Shown piece by piece: positions 19,927 to 29,251 of a stretch of 48,901 bases of DNA. The notes under the pieces are model-generated. The model worked only from the letters and a program-made list of their open reading frames with translations. It did no database searches and was not told the DNA's origin. Made by a program: the position numbers and the translations under genes. Source of the stretch: Polyangiales bacterium (GTDB lineage: Bacteria; Myxococcota_A; Polyangia; Polyangiales; Polyangiaceae); NCBI GenBank assembly GCA_038231275.1, contig JBBRLQ010000046.1:1-48901 (forward strand), in the 5' to 3' direction. Every line of letters starts with the position of its first letter. Positions within the stretch are counted from its first letter, which is position 1.

Positions 19927-22281
19927 ATGAGGACGCACCATCATCTCATGGCCGGGTTCCTGCTCGCCGTCGTCGCGTGCGGGGGGAGCGATTCCGCGGG
20001 TGGAGGCACTTCGGGAGGCGAGCCCGACGCGTCGATGGGCGGCGATGGCGGTCCCGGCGGCGGAGATGCGGCGGCGGACGGCGGCGTGGATGGCGCGGCG
20101 ATCGATGGCGGCGCATGCGCCATGGATGCGGCGATTCACGTCGCGCCCGACGGCGCCGGAGCCTCGTGCTCGTGCGCGAGCCCATGCCCGCTCGAGGCCG
20201 GCCGCGATCTCGCGCGCACGCGGATCGCCGGCGCGGTATCCGACGTCGTCGTGGAGCTCGCCGATGGCGTGTATCGACTGGCGAGCACATTCACGCTCGG
20301 CGCGGCGGACTCCGGCGCGAACGGGCACGCGATCGTGTACCGCGCGGCGGCGGGGGCGAGCCCGGTGCTGTCGGGGGCGCGCGTCGTCACCGGATTCGCT
20401 TTGGTCGCGGGGGGCGTCTACTCCGCGGCGGTGCCGGCGGGAACGCGCTCGCGGCAGCTCTACGTGAACGGTCGCCGCGCGACGCGCGCGCGCGGGCCGG
20501 CAACCCCGGCGGGGTTCACGAAGACGGCGAAGGGGTTCGCGCTCGGCGACGCCGCGATCGCGGGCTGGGCCGATCGCACGAAGCTCGAGGCGGTGGGGAC
20601 GACGGCGTGGAAATCCTTCCGCTGCCCGGTCGCGTCGGCCGACGTCGCCGGCGGCCTGGTGCTCGCCGATCCGTGCTGGACCTCGTCGCAGCAGCAGGCG
20701 GGCTACACGTTCGACGCGGTGGCCTGGCTCGAGAACGCGCGCGAGCTCGTCGACGAGCCGGGCGAGTTCTTCCTCGACGAGGACGGAGCCAAGCTCTTCT
20801 ACGCGCCGCGCGCGGGGGAAGACGTCACCACGGCCCTCGTCGAAGTACCCGTCCTCGAGGCGCTCGTGACGGGCGACCGCGTGCACGACGTCGCGTTCGA
20901 AGGGATCGGCTTCGCGCACGCGACGTGGCTCGGGCCGAGCGGCGCCGACGGGTACGCGTCGCTGCAGGCGTCGTTCACGACGCGCGGCGGCGCGCTCACC
21001 AAGGCGCTCGCGAACGTGACGATGCACGCCGCCGATCACGTGCGCTTCACCCGCTGCCGCTTCTCTCACCTCGGCGGCGCGGCGCTCGCGTTCGAGGTCG
21101 GTGCGCATGACAACCTCGTCGAGCTCTCGCGCTTCGAGGACGTTTCGGCCGCTGCCGTCATGATCGGCGACGTCACCCGCGAGGACGATCACCACCCGAA
21201 GGATCCCGCGCTCGTCGTGCACGACAACACCGTGCGCGGCTCGTACGTCACGCGCGCCGGCGCCGAGTACTGGGACGCGCCGGGCCTCTTCGTCGGCTAC
21301 ACGACGCGAAGCACGCTCAGCGGCAACGAGCTGTTCGATCTTCCGTACACCGGCATCTCCGTCGGTTGGGGGTGGGGCTCGGTCGACGTCGGCGGCTCCG
21401 GTGGCTACACGACGCCGTCCACCTCGCTCGCGAACGTCGTCGAGAAGAACCTCATCTCGCATCACATGCGCGTGCTCCGCGACGGCGGCGGAATCTACGT
21501 GCTCGGCGCGCAAGCGGGCGCAACGATGCGCGGCAACGGGATCGCCAACCAGGGCAACGCGTACGGCGAGCTGTACCTGGACAACGGGACGCAGGGCTAT
21601 TCGGTCACCGGCAACGTCTCGCTCTCGACGGCGAAGGACGACACCCCGTCACCCGATCCCGATCGCGCGTACTGGATGTACCTCCAGGTCTTCGCCCCGG
21701 TCGCGAAGAGCAACGTCGTGAGCGGCAACTTCGCCTCCGACGCGACGCTCTACACGCCAAACCCGATCGACCCGTCGAACCAGGTCACCAACGCCGCCCT
21801 CGCGTCGTCCGATCCGGTCAGCGTCGCCGCGATCGTGGCCGCCGCGGGCACGCCGCTCCGCTCACCTGAAATCGGCCGAGGTAAGCCCGCCACCGCCTCC
21901 TCAACCTACGACACCGGCCACGCCGCAGCTGCCGCCAACGACGGGAGCGCGTTCGACGGCTGGTCGGCCGCCGCCGGCGACACGAAGGCGTACTGGCAAG
22001 TGGACCTCGGCGCCGACATGAACGTGGACGCCGTCGAGATCGTGACGCGCTGGGCGCTCGATCAGCCCGAGACGCGCCGCAGCTTCCGCGTCCTCGGGTC
22101 GAGCGACCCGACGTTCGCCACCTCGGTCGTCCTCGGCGCCGTGGACGCGACGGGCCTGCCCCATCGCGCCATCTACGCCGCCGACTTCACGCCGCCCGCG
22201 AGAGCGCGCTACCTGCGCGTCGAAAAGACGGCGCCCGAGTATTTCTACATCGCCGAGGTGCGCGTCCACGGAACGCCGTAA
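19927..22281 (+). CDS. lipoprotein: right-handed beta-helix glycosidase (GH141-like) plus C-terminal F5/8 (discoidin) domain
   Basis: VVAC lipobox. GGxYRL..DSG, QLYVNGRRATRAR, LENARELVDEPGEFFLD, DLPYTGISVGWGW, DGGGIY, LYLDNG. C-terminal GKPATASS..ANDG..YWQVDLG..ARYLRV..AEVRV. Confidence 0.8.
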   Translation: MRTHHHLMAGFLLAVVACGGSDSAGGGTSGGEPDASMGGDGGPGGGDAAADGGVDGAAIDGGACAMDAAIHVAPDGAGASCSCASPCPLEAGRDLARTRIAGAVSDVVVELADGVYRLASTFTLGAADSGANGHAIVYRAAAGASPVLSGARVVTGFALVAGGVYSAAVPAGTRSRQLYVNGRRATRARGPATPAGFTKTAKGFALGDAAIAGWADRTKLEAVGTTAWKSFRCPVASADVAGGLVLADPCWTSSQQQAGYTFDAVAWLENARELVDEPGEFFLDEDGAKLFYAPRAGEDVTTALVEVPVLEALVTGDRVHDVAFEGIGFAHATWLGPSGADGYASLQASFTTRGGALTKALANVTMHAADHVRFTRCRFSHLGGAALAFEVGAHDNLVELSRFEDVSAAAVMIGDVTREDDHHPKDPALVVHDNTVRGSYVTRAGAEYWDAPGLFVGYTTRSTLSGNELFDLPYTGISVGWGWGSVDVGGSGGYTTPSTSLANVVEKNLISHHMRVLRDGGGIYVLGAQAGATMRGNGIANQGNAYGELYLDNGTQGYSVTGNVSLSTAKDDTPSPDPDRAYWMYLQVFAPVAKSNVVSGNFASDATLYTPNPIDPSNQVTNAALASSDPVSVAAIVAAAGTPLRSPEIGRGKPATASSTYDTGHAAAAANDGSAFDGWSAAAGDTKAYWQVDLGADMNVDAVEIVTRWALDQPETRRSFRVLGSSDPTFATSVVLGAVDATGLPHRAIYAADFTPPARARYLRVEKTAPEYFYIAEVRVHGTP

Positions 22282-22331
22282 GGCCGCCCCCCGCCGTCCA
22301 CGCGGTCGCGGGAAGAAATTCGACGAGGCGG

Positions 22332-22358
22332 TGTAACGAATCGGCGGCTGCCGAGACT
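22332..22358 (+). promoter_or_regulatory. ECF sigma promoter candidate
   Basis: TGTAAC-N17-GACT upstream of the AGGAG RBS of the MAPEG-sigma-anti-sigma unit. AAC in the -35 element is typical of ECF promoters. Confidence 0.4.
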
Positions 22359-22381
22359 CATGGGCAAAAGGAGCTCGCCTC

Positions 22382-22822
22382 ATGAACCTTACATCGAACC
22401 CCGCGTTCGTCGCCTACGCCGTCTCCCTCATCGTCCTGAGCCTCAACCTCCTCGTTTTATGGGCATACAGCGGCGGCGTCCGCGGCAAGACGAAGACGAC
22501 GCCAAACAAGGAGGACGGCGGGCGGGGCGCCGCGATCGTCGAGTCGGATCCGCCGGACGTGGCGCGCGTGCTTCGGGCGCACAAGAACGCGATGGCGAAC
22601 ATCGTCCCGTTCGCGATCCTCGGCCTCATCTACGTGCTCTCGGGCGGAAGCGCAGCGGTCGCGATGGCGGTCTTTGGCGTCTTCACCTTCGCGCGCATCG
22701 CGCACTCGTTCGCGTACCTAGGCGGAAAGCAGCCCTGGCGCAGCGTGTTCTTCGCCGTGGGTCTGCTCTCGACCGTCGTCCTCATTGGCTTCATCGTCCG
22801 CGCGCTCGCCGTCGCGGCGTGA
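22382..22822 (+). CDS. MAPEG family protein (microsomal glutathione S-transferase-like)
   Basis: NKED..DVARVLRAHKNAMANIVPF, ARIAHS, QPWRS. 4 TM. AGGAG RBS. Confidence 0.9.
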   Translation: MNLTSNPAFVAYAVSLIVLSLNLLVLWAYSGGVRGKTKTTPNKEDGGRGAAIVESDPPDVARVLRAHKNAMANIVPFAILGLIYVLSGGSAAVAMAVFGVFTFARIAHSFAYLGGKQPWRSVFFAVGLLSTVVLIGFIVRALAVAA

Positions 22823-22875
22823 GCGGCGGATGCATTCTGCTTGTCGCCGGCGCGAGGTAGGACGATCCTCCGCCG

Positions 22876-23505
22876 GTGCCTTCGAGCGCGACCCCCGACG
22901 ACGACGCAGCGTTGCTCGCGCGCTTGCGCGATGGCGACGAGGACGCGTTCCGGCAGCTCGTTCGCGCGCTTCACGGCGCGCTAGTTCGGTTGGCGCTCGC
23001 CTTCGTTGGCTCGCAGGGGGCCGCGGAGGAGGTCGTGCAGGACACGTGGATGGCGGTGATCGCGGGGCTCGACAAGTTCGAGGGGCGTGCCAGCCTTCGA
23101 ACGTGGACCATCGGCATCCTCGTGAACCGCGCCAAGACGCGGGGCGTGCGCGATCGGCGGACCGTGCCGTTCGCGCCGCAGGTGGACGAGGGCGACACGT
23201 TGGAGGACCATCGCTTCAGCGCCGCGGGGACCTGGTCGTCGCCGCCCTCCGCGTGGGACAAGGCGCCGGAGGCGCTGACGCTGCGCAAGGAGGCGTGCGA
23301 GCAGATCGAGATCGAGCTCGCCAAGCTCCCGCCCGCGCAGGGGACGATCGTGATGCTGCGTGACGTCGAGGGCTGGGACGCCGCAGAGGTGTGCAAGGCG
23401 CTGGAGATCAGCGAAGCGAATCAGCGCGTGCTCCTCCACCGCGGGCGCGCTCGTCTTCGCGCTGCGCTCGAGCACTACCACTCGGCAGAAGGGCGGAAGA
23501 GCTGA
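22876..23505 (+). CDS. ECF RNA polymerase sigma factor
   Basis: AEEVVQDTW, FEGRASLRTW, LRDVEGW..EVC..LEISEANQRVLLHRGRARLR. Confidence 0.95.
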   Translation: MPSSATPDDDAALLARLRDGDEDAFRQLVRALHGALVRLALAFVGSQGAAEEVVQDTWMAVIAGLDKFEGRASLRTWTIGILVNRAKTRGVRDRRTVPFAPQVDEGDTLEDHRFSAAGTWSSPPSAWDKAPEALTLRKEACEQIEIELAKLPPAQGTIVMLRDVEGWDAAEVCKALEISEANQRVLLHRGRARLRAALEHYHSAEGRKS

Positions 23506-23744
23506 TGTACCTCTGCCGCCAAGCCACGAGGCACATGACCGAGGCGCGCGAGGGCACGCTCGCGGGCGCCGATCGGATGTGGTTCGGGATCCACATGGTG
23601 ATCTGCGCGCACTGTCGCGCGTACCGGCGTCAGCTCGATCTGACGGTCGCGATGGCGAAGGAAGTGCCGAGCGAGCCGGTGCCGGACAAGGTGGAGGAGC
23701 GCCTCGTCGAGGCGTTCCGCGCGCGCAAGACCCCGAAGGACTGA
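23505..23744 (+). CDS. zinc-binding anti-sigma factor (zf-HC2)
   Basis: C...HMVICAHC (HxxxCxxC). TGATG coupling to the sigma gene. Confidence 0.9.
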   Translation: MYLCRQATRHMTEAREGTLAGADRMWFGIHMVICAHCRAYRRQLDLTVAMAKEVPSEPVPDKVEERLVEAFRARKTPKD

Positions 23745-23758
23745 CGCGGCAGGACGGA

Positions 23759-24637
23759 CTACTTCTGCCCCGCGGCCTGCGCGAGGCCGCGATCGGCGCC
23801 GCGCATCGCGCTCTCGACCGCGCCGTCGACCGCCCGATCCTGCAGCTCGGCGACGCGCCCGGAGTTTGAGAGCACCTGCGCGCTGTCGACGGTGGTGGCC
23901 GCGCCGGAGAAGGTCCCTTGAAGCGTCTGCTGCGGGACCTTGCGGACCGCGAACTCGACCTGCGCTTGGAACATGACGTTGCCGTTCGACGAGCCCTGAT
24001 GGAGACGCGTGATCGTGCCGTCGAGCATGAGCACCGGGATCTTGCGATCGCCCGCCTGCTTCACGAGCGACGCGTCCGCGGTCTCGACGAGGAACGCGCC
24101 TTTGAGCGTCGCGGCGCGCGCGTGGGCGGCGCTGCGCATGACGCCGCCGAGCGACTCGCCGCGCACGCTCGTCGCGTTCTTCATGTTGCCGAGCTGCACG
24201 ACGTAGCGCGCGTTGCCGATCGTGGGAGCGGCGGCGGCGGCGGCAGCGGCGGCAGCGGCGGCCTTGCCGGAGAGGACGTCGATGCTCGCGCGAAGCTGCG
24301 ATTTGACCGCGCCGCTCGACTCGCTCGAGATGTGCTTCTTGAGCACGGGGATCGCACCGTCGTCCCCGACCTGCGCGAGCGCGGCGGCGGCAGCGGCGCG
24401 GACAGCCGGGTGAGAGTCGTCGAGCGCGCGCTCGAGGACGAAGCGCGCGTCGGCCGGCTTGGTCTTGCCGAGGAAGAGCGCGGCGCTGACGCGGACGCGG
24501 AAGTCGGGGCCCGTGAGGAGATCGGTCTTGATGGTCGCGGCGTCCTGCGCAGGCGAGATCCCGGCGCCCCCGCAGACGATCCCGCCGGCGAGCACGACTC
24601 GGAAAACAACCTGGAGGCACGAGCCCGTGCGACCCAT
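23759..24637 (-). CDS. secreted HEAT/PBS-repeat protein
   Basis: Signal peptide, DFRVRVSAALFLG, LDDSHPAVRAAAAAAL, poly-Ala linker, C-terminal alpha/beta domain. Confidence 0.8.
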   Translation of the reverse strand: MGRTGSCLQVVFRVVLAGGIVCGGAGISPAQDAATIKTDLLTGPDFRVRVSAALFLGKTKPADARFVLERALDDSHPAVRAAAAAALAQVGDDGAIPVLKKHISSESSGAVKSQLRASIDVLSGKAAAAAAAAAAAAPTIGNARYVVQLGNMKNATSVRGESLGGVMRSAAHARAATLKGAFLVETADASLVKQAGDRKIPVLMLDGTITRLHQGSSNGNVMFQAQVEFAVRKVPQQTLQGTFSGAATTVDSAQVLSNSGRVAELQDRAVDGAVESAMRGADRGLAQAAGQK

Positions 24638-24850
24638 CGACCTTCTCACTGCACCTCGTTTTCGCGGAAGAAAGGGCGCGTCCAAGCCGCGAGCAATACG
24701 AAGGCGTCGCGTTCGCTCTCGATCCTCTTCACTCTACAAGCCCGCCGGGGGTGAGCAAACCCAGATCCAAGGGACCTCTCGATTGGAAGGCATGTTGTGG
24801 GATGGGTTCGTACCTTCAGCATACGCGCGCGCGTCGAACATTCCGCCCGT

Positions 24851-24884
24851 CTGAGAATCGAGCGCAGCGGAGCGAAACGTTCCT
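24851..24884 (-). repeat. short dispersed repeat, copy 1
   Basis: Minus strand AGGAACGTTTCGCTCCGCTGCGCTCGATTCTCAG, matching 42677-42716. Confidence 0.6.
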
Positions 24885-24900
24885 CGAGTAGAAACGGTCA

Positions 24901-25443
24901 TCACAAGAGCGACTTCACCTCGTGCTCGATCTCGGTGTCCTCGCCGTCGTGGTAGCCGAGGTGCACGAACCGCACGATGCCATAGGAATCGAGCACGAAC
25001 GACGCCGGCATCTCTTTGGGTTGCCACGTGCCGGCGAGCTTTTTGCCGTCGTCCCACACGATCTCGAACTTTCCATCATAGGTCGCGAGGAACTCTTCGA
25101 TTCCGCTCGCGTCGTCGTCGAGGCTCACGCCGACGATCGTCGCCCGGCCGGCATATTTCTCGGCGAGCTTCTCGAGTTGCGGGAACGCCTTTTTGCAGGG
25201 CTCGCACCACGTCGCCCAAAAGACGACCACGACGATTCTGCCGCGCTCACCGGCGAGATCGAACGCCGGGCCGCCGATGACACGGTCGCGGGAGAAAGAC
25301 GGGCCAGGCTTGCCGACAAGCGGATGACTGAGCTCTGCGCGCGTCGGACCTTTGCCGTTCGCGCACGCCACGCTCGCGGTCACGAGGACGAGGAGCGCTA
25401 CACATGAGGCGAAACGCGACCACGGCATGGGCTTTTCCGTCAA
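24901..25443 (-). CDS. TlpA-family thiol-disulfide oxidoreductase (lipoprotein)
   Basis: FWATWCEPC, VGVSLD, MPASFVLD. VAC lipobox-like. Start uncertain (TTG overlapping the radA stop, or a nearby ATG). Confidence 0.92.
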   Translation of the reverse strand: MTEKPMPWSRFASCVALLVLVTASVACANGKGPTRAELSHPLVGKPGPSFSRDRVIGGPAFDLAGERGRIVVVVFWATWCEPCKKAFPQLEKLAEKYAGRATIVGVSLDDDASGIEEFLATYDGKFEIVWDDGKKLAGTWQPKEMPASFVLDSYGIVRFVHLGYHDGEDTEIEHEVKSLL

Positions 25444-26801
25444 CGCAGCGCCGCGTCCACCGCTTCGGCGAGCGTGCGGACGCCGACGATCTCGAGCCCC
25501 GGCGCGGCGGTCGGCGCGCGCGCCTCGCTCGACGCCGGAACGATCGCGCGGCGGAAACCCATTTGCTGGGCCTCTGCGAGACGAGCTTGCGCGCGTGCGA
25601 CGCCGCGCACCTCACCGGCGAGGCCGATCTCACCGAACGAGACGGTGTACGCGTCGACCGCACGATCGCGAAGGCTCGACGCGACCGCGAGCGCGACGGG
25701 GAGATCGATCGCAGGCTCGTCGACGCGAATCCCGCCGGCGACGTTGACGAACACGTCTGCCGACGTGAGCGCGAGTCCGGCTTTCCTCTCGAGCACGGCG
25801 AGGATCATGGCGAGGCGCGCACCGTCGACGCCGTTGCACGTACGACGACCGCTTCCGGCGGCGAAAGGAGCGACGAGCGCCTGCACTTCGACGAGCATCG
25901 GGCGTGTGCCTTCGCTGGTCGACGCGATGACGCTGCCCGGCGCGTCCTTGGGCCGCTCGGCGAGGAAGAGCGCGCTGGGATTCGGCACCTCGCGCATGCC
26001 CTCGCTGGTCATCTCGAAGACGCCGATCTCGGTTGCGCTTCCGAACCGGTTCTTCAGCGCTCGCAGCGCGCGGAACGAGTGTCCTCGCTCGCCTTCGAAC
26101 GCAAGGACGGTGTCGACGAGGTGCTCGAGGACCTTGGGGCCGGCGAGCGCGCCGTCTTTGGTGACGTGCCCGACGAGGAACGTCGCGATGCGATCGCGCT
26201 TGCTGCGCTCGACGAGGCGCGCGGCGACCTCGCGCAGCTGGCTCACGGTGCCTGCGGCGCTCTCGAGATCGGGGACGCGCACGGTTTGGACGCTGTCGAG
26301 GACGAGCGCGGTCGGCTTCGCGTCTGCGATCACGCTCTCGATGATCGACAGATCGTTCTCGGCCAAGACGAGCAGCTCGTCGGCGACCATGCCGAGCCGT
26401 CGCGCGCGCGCCGCGGTCTGGCCCGCGCTCTCCTCGCCGGAGACGTAGAGCGCGCGGCAGCCCTTGTGCGCGAGGCCGGCGAGCGCTTGAAGGAGCAGCG
26501 TGGATTTCCCGACGCCGGGATCGCCGCCGAGGAGCGTGACGCCGCCGAGGACCGCGCCGCCGCCGAGGACGCGATCGAGCTCGCCGATGCCGGTGGGGAT
26601 GCGCGCGGCTTGATCGGCGTCGATGTCTTTGACCGGCTTCGCCGCGCTCGCCGTGGACCGCCCACCGGGAGACGACGAGCGCTTGGGCGCCGCCTCTTCG
26701 ACGAGCGTATTCCACGCGCCGCACGACGTGCAGCGCCCGACCCATTTCGGGAAGAACGCCCCGCACGCCTGGCAGACGAACTGCGTGACCGGCTTGGCCA
26801 T
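25440..26801 (-). CDS. radA: DNA repair protein RadA/Sms
   Basis: CQACG..WVGRCTSC zinc finger, GGDPGVGKST, YVSGEES, KNRFG, GEIGLAGEVR. Confidence 0.98.
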   Translation of the reverse strand: MAKPVTQFVCQACGAFFPKWVGRCTSCGAWNTLVEEAAPKRSSSPGGRSTASAAKPVKDIDADQAARIPTGIGELDRVLGGGAVLGGVTLLGGDPGVGKSTLLLQALAGLAHKGCRALYVSGEESAGQTAARARRLGMVADELLVLAENDLSIIESVIADAKPTALVLDSVQTVRVPDLESAAGTVSQLREVAARLVERSKRDRIATFLVGHVTKDGALAGPKVLEHLVDTVLAFEGERGHSFRALRALKNRFGSATEIGVFEMTSEGMREVPNPSALFLAERPKDAPGSVIASTSEGTRPMLVEVQALVAPFAAGSGRRTCNGVDGARLAMILAVLERKAGLALTSADVFVNVAGGIRVDEPAIDLPVALAVASSLRDRAVDAYTVSFGEIGLAGEVRGVARAQARLAEAQQMGFRRAIVPASSEARAPTAAPGLEIVGVRTLAEAVDAALR

Positions 26802-26802
26802 C

Positions 26803-27444
26803 TCAGCCGGTCGTGCAGATCTTCGTCGGGCCGACCATTCCGGATTTGCATTTGACGCCCGACGGGCAGTCGCCGTCGGCGCCGCACGTGCGGTGGCAGC
26901 CGACGTTGCTCTTCACGAAGCCGGAGGGACACTGCCCGTTGACCGGCTGCGTGAAGATCGTGTTGCCGCCGGGGTTCGGGGGAGGGGCGCCGCCGCTGCT
27001 GCTACTCGTGGCGCCGCCGCTGCTGCTCGTCGCGTGACCGCCTCCTCCGCCACCACCGCCACCGATGACCGGGACGGGCGCGTTGGTGAAGGCGTTCTCG
27101 GCGATCCATCCCATCTTGCGCGCGCCGCTCGACGGATCGTCGAACGTGACGAGGAACGAGTCGCTCGTCTGCGCGATCTGGGTAACCGTCGTCCCTTGCG
27201 GAACGGTCGTGATCGGCGGGCCGTCGGGCGGAGACTTGCGCGCCACACCGTCTTTGAGGAGCGTCCCAGGCACGTCCTTCAGCTTCTTTTCGTACGGGTA
27301 GCGCGTGATTTCGCTCGTGTTGACGGGCGCACCCTTCGTCGCCGACGCGTCGGGCGCTTTGCCCGCGCTACCCATGCTCTCCGGGCAGCCCCCGAGGATC
27401 GCGAGCGCAAACGCAGAGAACGCCGAGGCGACGAGGATGCGCAT
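26803..27444 (-). CDS. SH3-like lipoprotein with Cys-rich tail (paralog 3)
   Basis: LGGC lipobox. ITRYPYE..RKSPPDG..FLVTFDDP..MGWI..AF core, Gly/Ser linker, 6-Cys tail. Confidence 0.85.
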   Translation of the reverse strand: MRILVASAFSAFALAILGGCPESMGSAGKAPDASATKGAPVNTSEITRYPYEKKLKDVPGTLLKDGVARKSPPDGPPITTVPQGTTVTQIAQTSDSFLVTFDDPSSGARKMGWIAENAFTNAPVPVIGGGGGGGGGHATSSSGGATSSSSGGAPPPNPGGNTIFTQPVNGQCPSGFVKSNVGCHRTCGADGDCPSGVKCKSGMVGPTKICTTG

Positions 27445-27460
27445 GTCGAATTCTCCTCGC

Positions 27461-28216
27461 CTAGCGGCAAAGGCCCTTCGTGCAGCGCTTGTTCCCGCAC
27501 TCGGGGCCGCGCGTGCACTTCATGTGGCACATCTTGTCGTCGAGGAGCGAGTAGTTGCCCGGGCACGCGCCGCCGGTCGGGGAGATGACCGGACCGGAGC
27601 CGCCGCCACCGCCGCCGCCGCCTCCACCACCGCCGCCACCGCCGTCGGAGCCGCCTCCGCCGCCGCCGCCGCCTCCACCACCGCCGCCACCTCCGCCACC
27701 ACCGCCGCCGCCTCCGCCGGCATCGGTCGAGTCGCTTCCGCCACCGCCGCCACCACCGCCGCCGCCGCCGGCGTCTTTCTTCGGGGGAGGCGTCCAGTGA
27801 CCGCCGCCCGTCGGAGCGGCAACCGCCGCAGTGAACGCGTCGTCGGTGATCCAGCCCATCATGCGCTTGCTGGTGCTCGGATCGTCGAACGTGATGAGGA
27901 AGGAGTTCGAGGTCTGGGAGATTTTGATGACGTTCGCGCCCGCGGGGAGCGTGGAGACGGTCGCGCCGTCGGGAGGCGACTTGTGGACGACGACGCCGTC
28001 GCGCACGGTCGTGGCGGCCTCGTTGTCGATTTTCTTTTCGTACGGGTAACGCGTGATGTCGTCGCTGTTGGTCGGGGGCGCGTTGGCCGACGCCGAAGCG
28101 CCGCCCTCACCGCCGCCGTCGGCCGCGTCGGTCTTCTTTTTCGGGCAGCCGGTCACCGCGAGGGCGACGGCGAGAACCAGAAGAGCATTCCACCTAGAGG
28201 AGCTTCGCATCGTCAT
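27461..28216 (-). CDS. SH3-like lipoprotein with poly-Gly linker and Cys-rich tail (paralog 2)
   Basis: VTGC lipobox, same core motif. GGAGAGG upstream of ATG 28216. Confidence 0.85.
   Translation of the reverse strand: MTMRSSSRWNALLVLAVALAVTGCPKKKTDAADGGGEGGASASANAPPTNSDDITRYPYEKKIDNEAATTVRDGVVVHKSPPDGATVSTLPAGANVIKISQTSNSFLITFDDPSTSKRMMGWITDDAFTAAVAAPTGGGHWTPPPKKDAGGGGGGGGGGGSDSTDAGGGGGGGGGGGGGGGGGGGGGGGSDGGGGGGGGGGGGGGGSGPVISPTGGACPGNYSLLDDKMCHMKCTRGPECGNKRCTKGLCR
27597..27772 (-). repeat. GGC/GGT/GGA trinucleotide tract encoding three poly-Gly runs
   Basis: Plus strand (CCG/CCA/CCT)n, translating to long Gly runs in paralog 2. Boundaries approximate. Confidence 0.9.
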
Positions 28217-28246
28217 CCGCCTCTCCAATCGAGCGTCTCGCGTCGT

Positions 28247-29146
28247 TCAACGCATCTTGCAGTAGCCGCCGCGCGTGCAGAACACGCCGGGGCCGAACAC
28301 AGCGCAGTCACCATCTTTGCCGGGCGTGCAGGTGTGATGGCACTTGCCGTCGGGCTGACCCATCTTGAACCCGGCCGGGCATGTGCCGCCCGCGCCGGGC
28401 TCGACGACCATCGGGCCGGGGTTCCCGCCGCCGCCGCCACCTGCGTCCGCCGTCGCACCACCGCCGCCCGCATCGGTCGTGGCGGGAGGTGCCGCCGCGT
28501 CCGTCGTGGTCGGCGTCGGGGTGGGAGCTCCGGAGTCGGTGGTGGCCGGGCGCACGATGGCCGAGCAATTTTTCACCGTCGCGCCGGCGCCGCCGTCATG
28601 CGTGGCGATCTGCGCAGTTCCGGTGCACGCCTGGCCGCTCGGGCAGTCGCCGTCGGCTTTGCAGACCTTGCCGCAGAAGATCTCGTCGCCGACGAGCTGC
28701 GTCTGCCCCGCCGGGCACGGGCCCTTGGGAACGACGATTCCGGGCGGGTTGAACGCGTCCTTGATGACCCACCCCATGAGGCGCTCGCTGGCGTTCTTGG
28801 GGTTGTCGAACGTGACGAGCGCGTATTTGTCGTGGCCGGCAATCTGGACGACGTTCGTTCCCTTGGGCAGCGTCGCGACGATCTCGCCCGAGGGCGGAGA
28901 CTTGCGGATGTTGTTCGCCGACCACTGCACGGTCGCGGCCTGGTGATCGATGACGGTCTCGTCGGGAAAATGGGCCACCGTCTGCGCGTTCACCGCCTCG
29001 GGCCCCGCCACCGTCGCGTCGGCGGCGCCTGCTTCGGCGTCGGAGGAAGCGTCCGCACCGGCCCCTGGCTTCTTCGGACACCCTGCGAGCACGCAGAGCA
29101 TCGCGAACAGGCACGGAACCGACAGCCACCGCCGCATCGATCGCAT
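28247..29146 (-). CDS. SH3-like lipoprotein with two Cys-rich modules (paralog 1)
   Basis: LAGC lipobox. VAHFPDE..IRKSPPSG..LVTFDNP..LMGWV..AF core, two Cys clusters. Confidence 0.85.
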   Translation of the reverse strand: MRSMRRWLSVPCLFAMLCVLAGCPKKPGAGADASSDAEAGAADATVAGPEAVNAQTVAHFPDETVIDHQAATVQWSANNIRKSPPSGEIVATLPKGTNVVQIAGHDKYALVTFDNPKNASERLMGWVIKDAFNPPGIVVPKGPCPAGQTQLVGDEIFCGKVCKADGDCPSGQACTGTAQIATHDGGAGATVKNCSAIVRPATTDSGAPTPTPTTTDAAAPPATTDAGGGGATADAGGGGGGNPGPMVVEPGAGGTCPAGFKMGQPDGKCHHTCTPGKDGDCAVFGPGVFCTRGGYCKMR

Positions 29147-29251
29147 CGTGGGGGCCACGGTCACACGCTCCGCGAACGAGATCAAGCGCTAGGGACAAGA
29201 CGCCCCGACAAGACGCGTCACTCCCCTGCCGTGCACGCGAGAGGCGTCGAA

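Noticed and set aside
24640..24850. Less GC-rich intergenic stretch as a possible ncRNA or riboswitch
   Set aside because: No recognisable family motif or strong stems by eye. Consistent with the promoter region of the HEAT-repeat gene.
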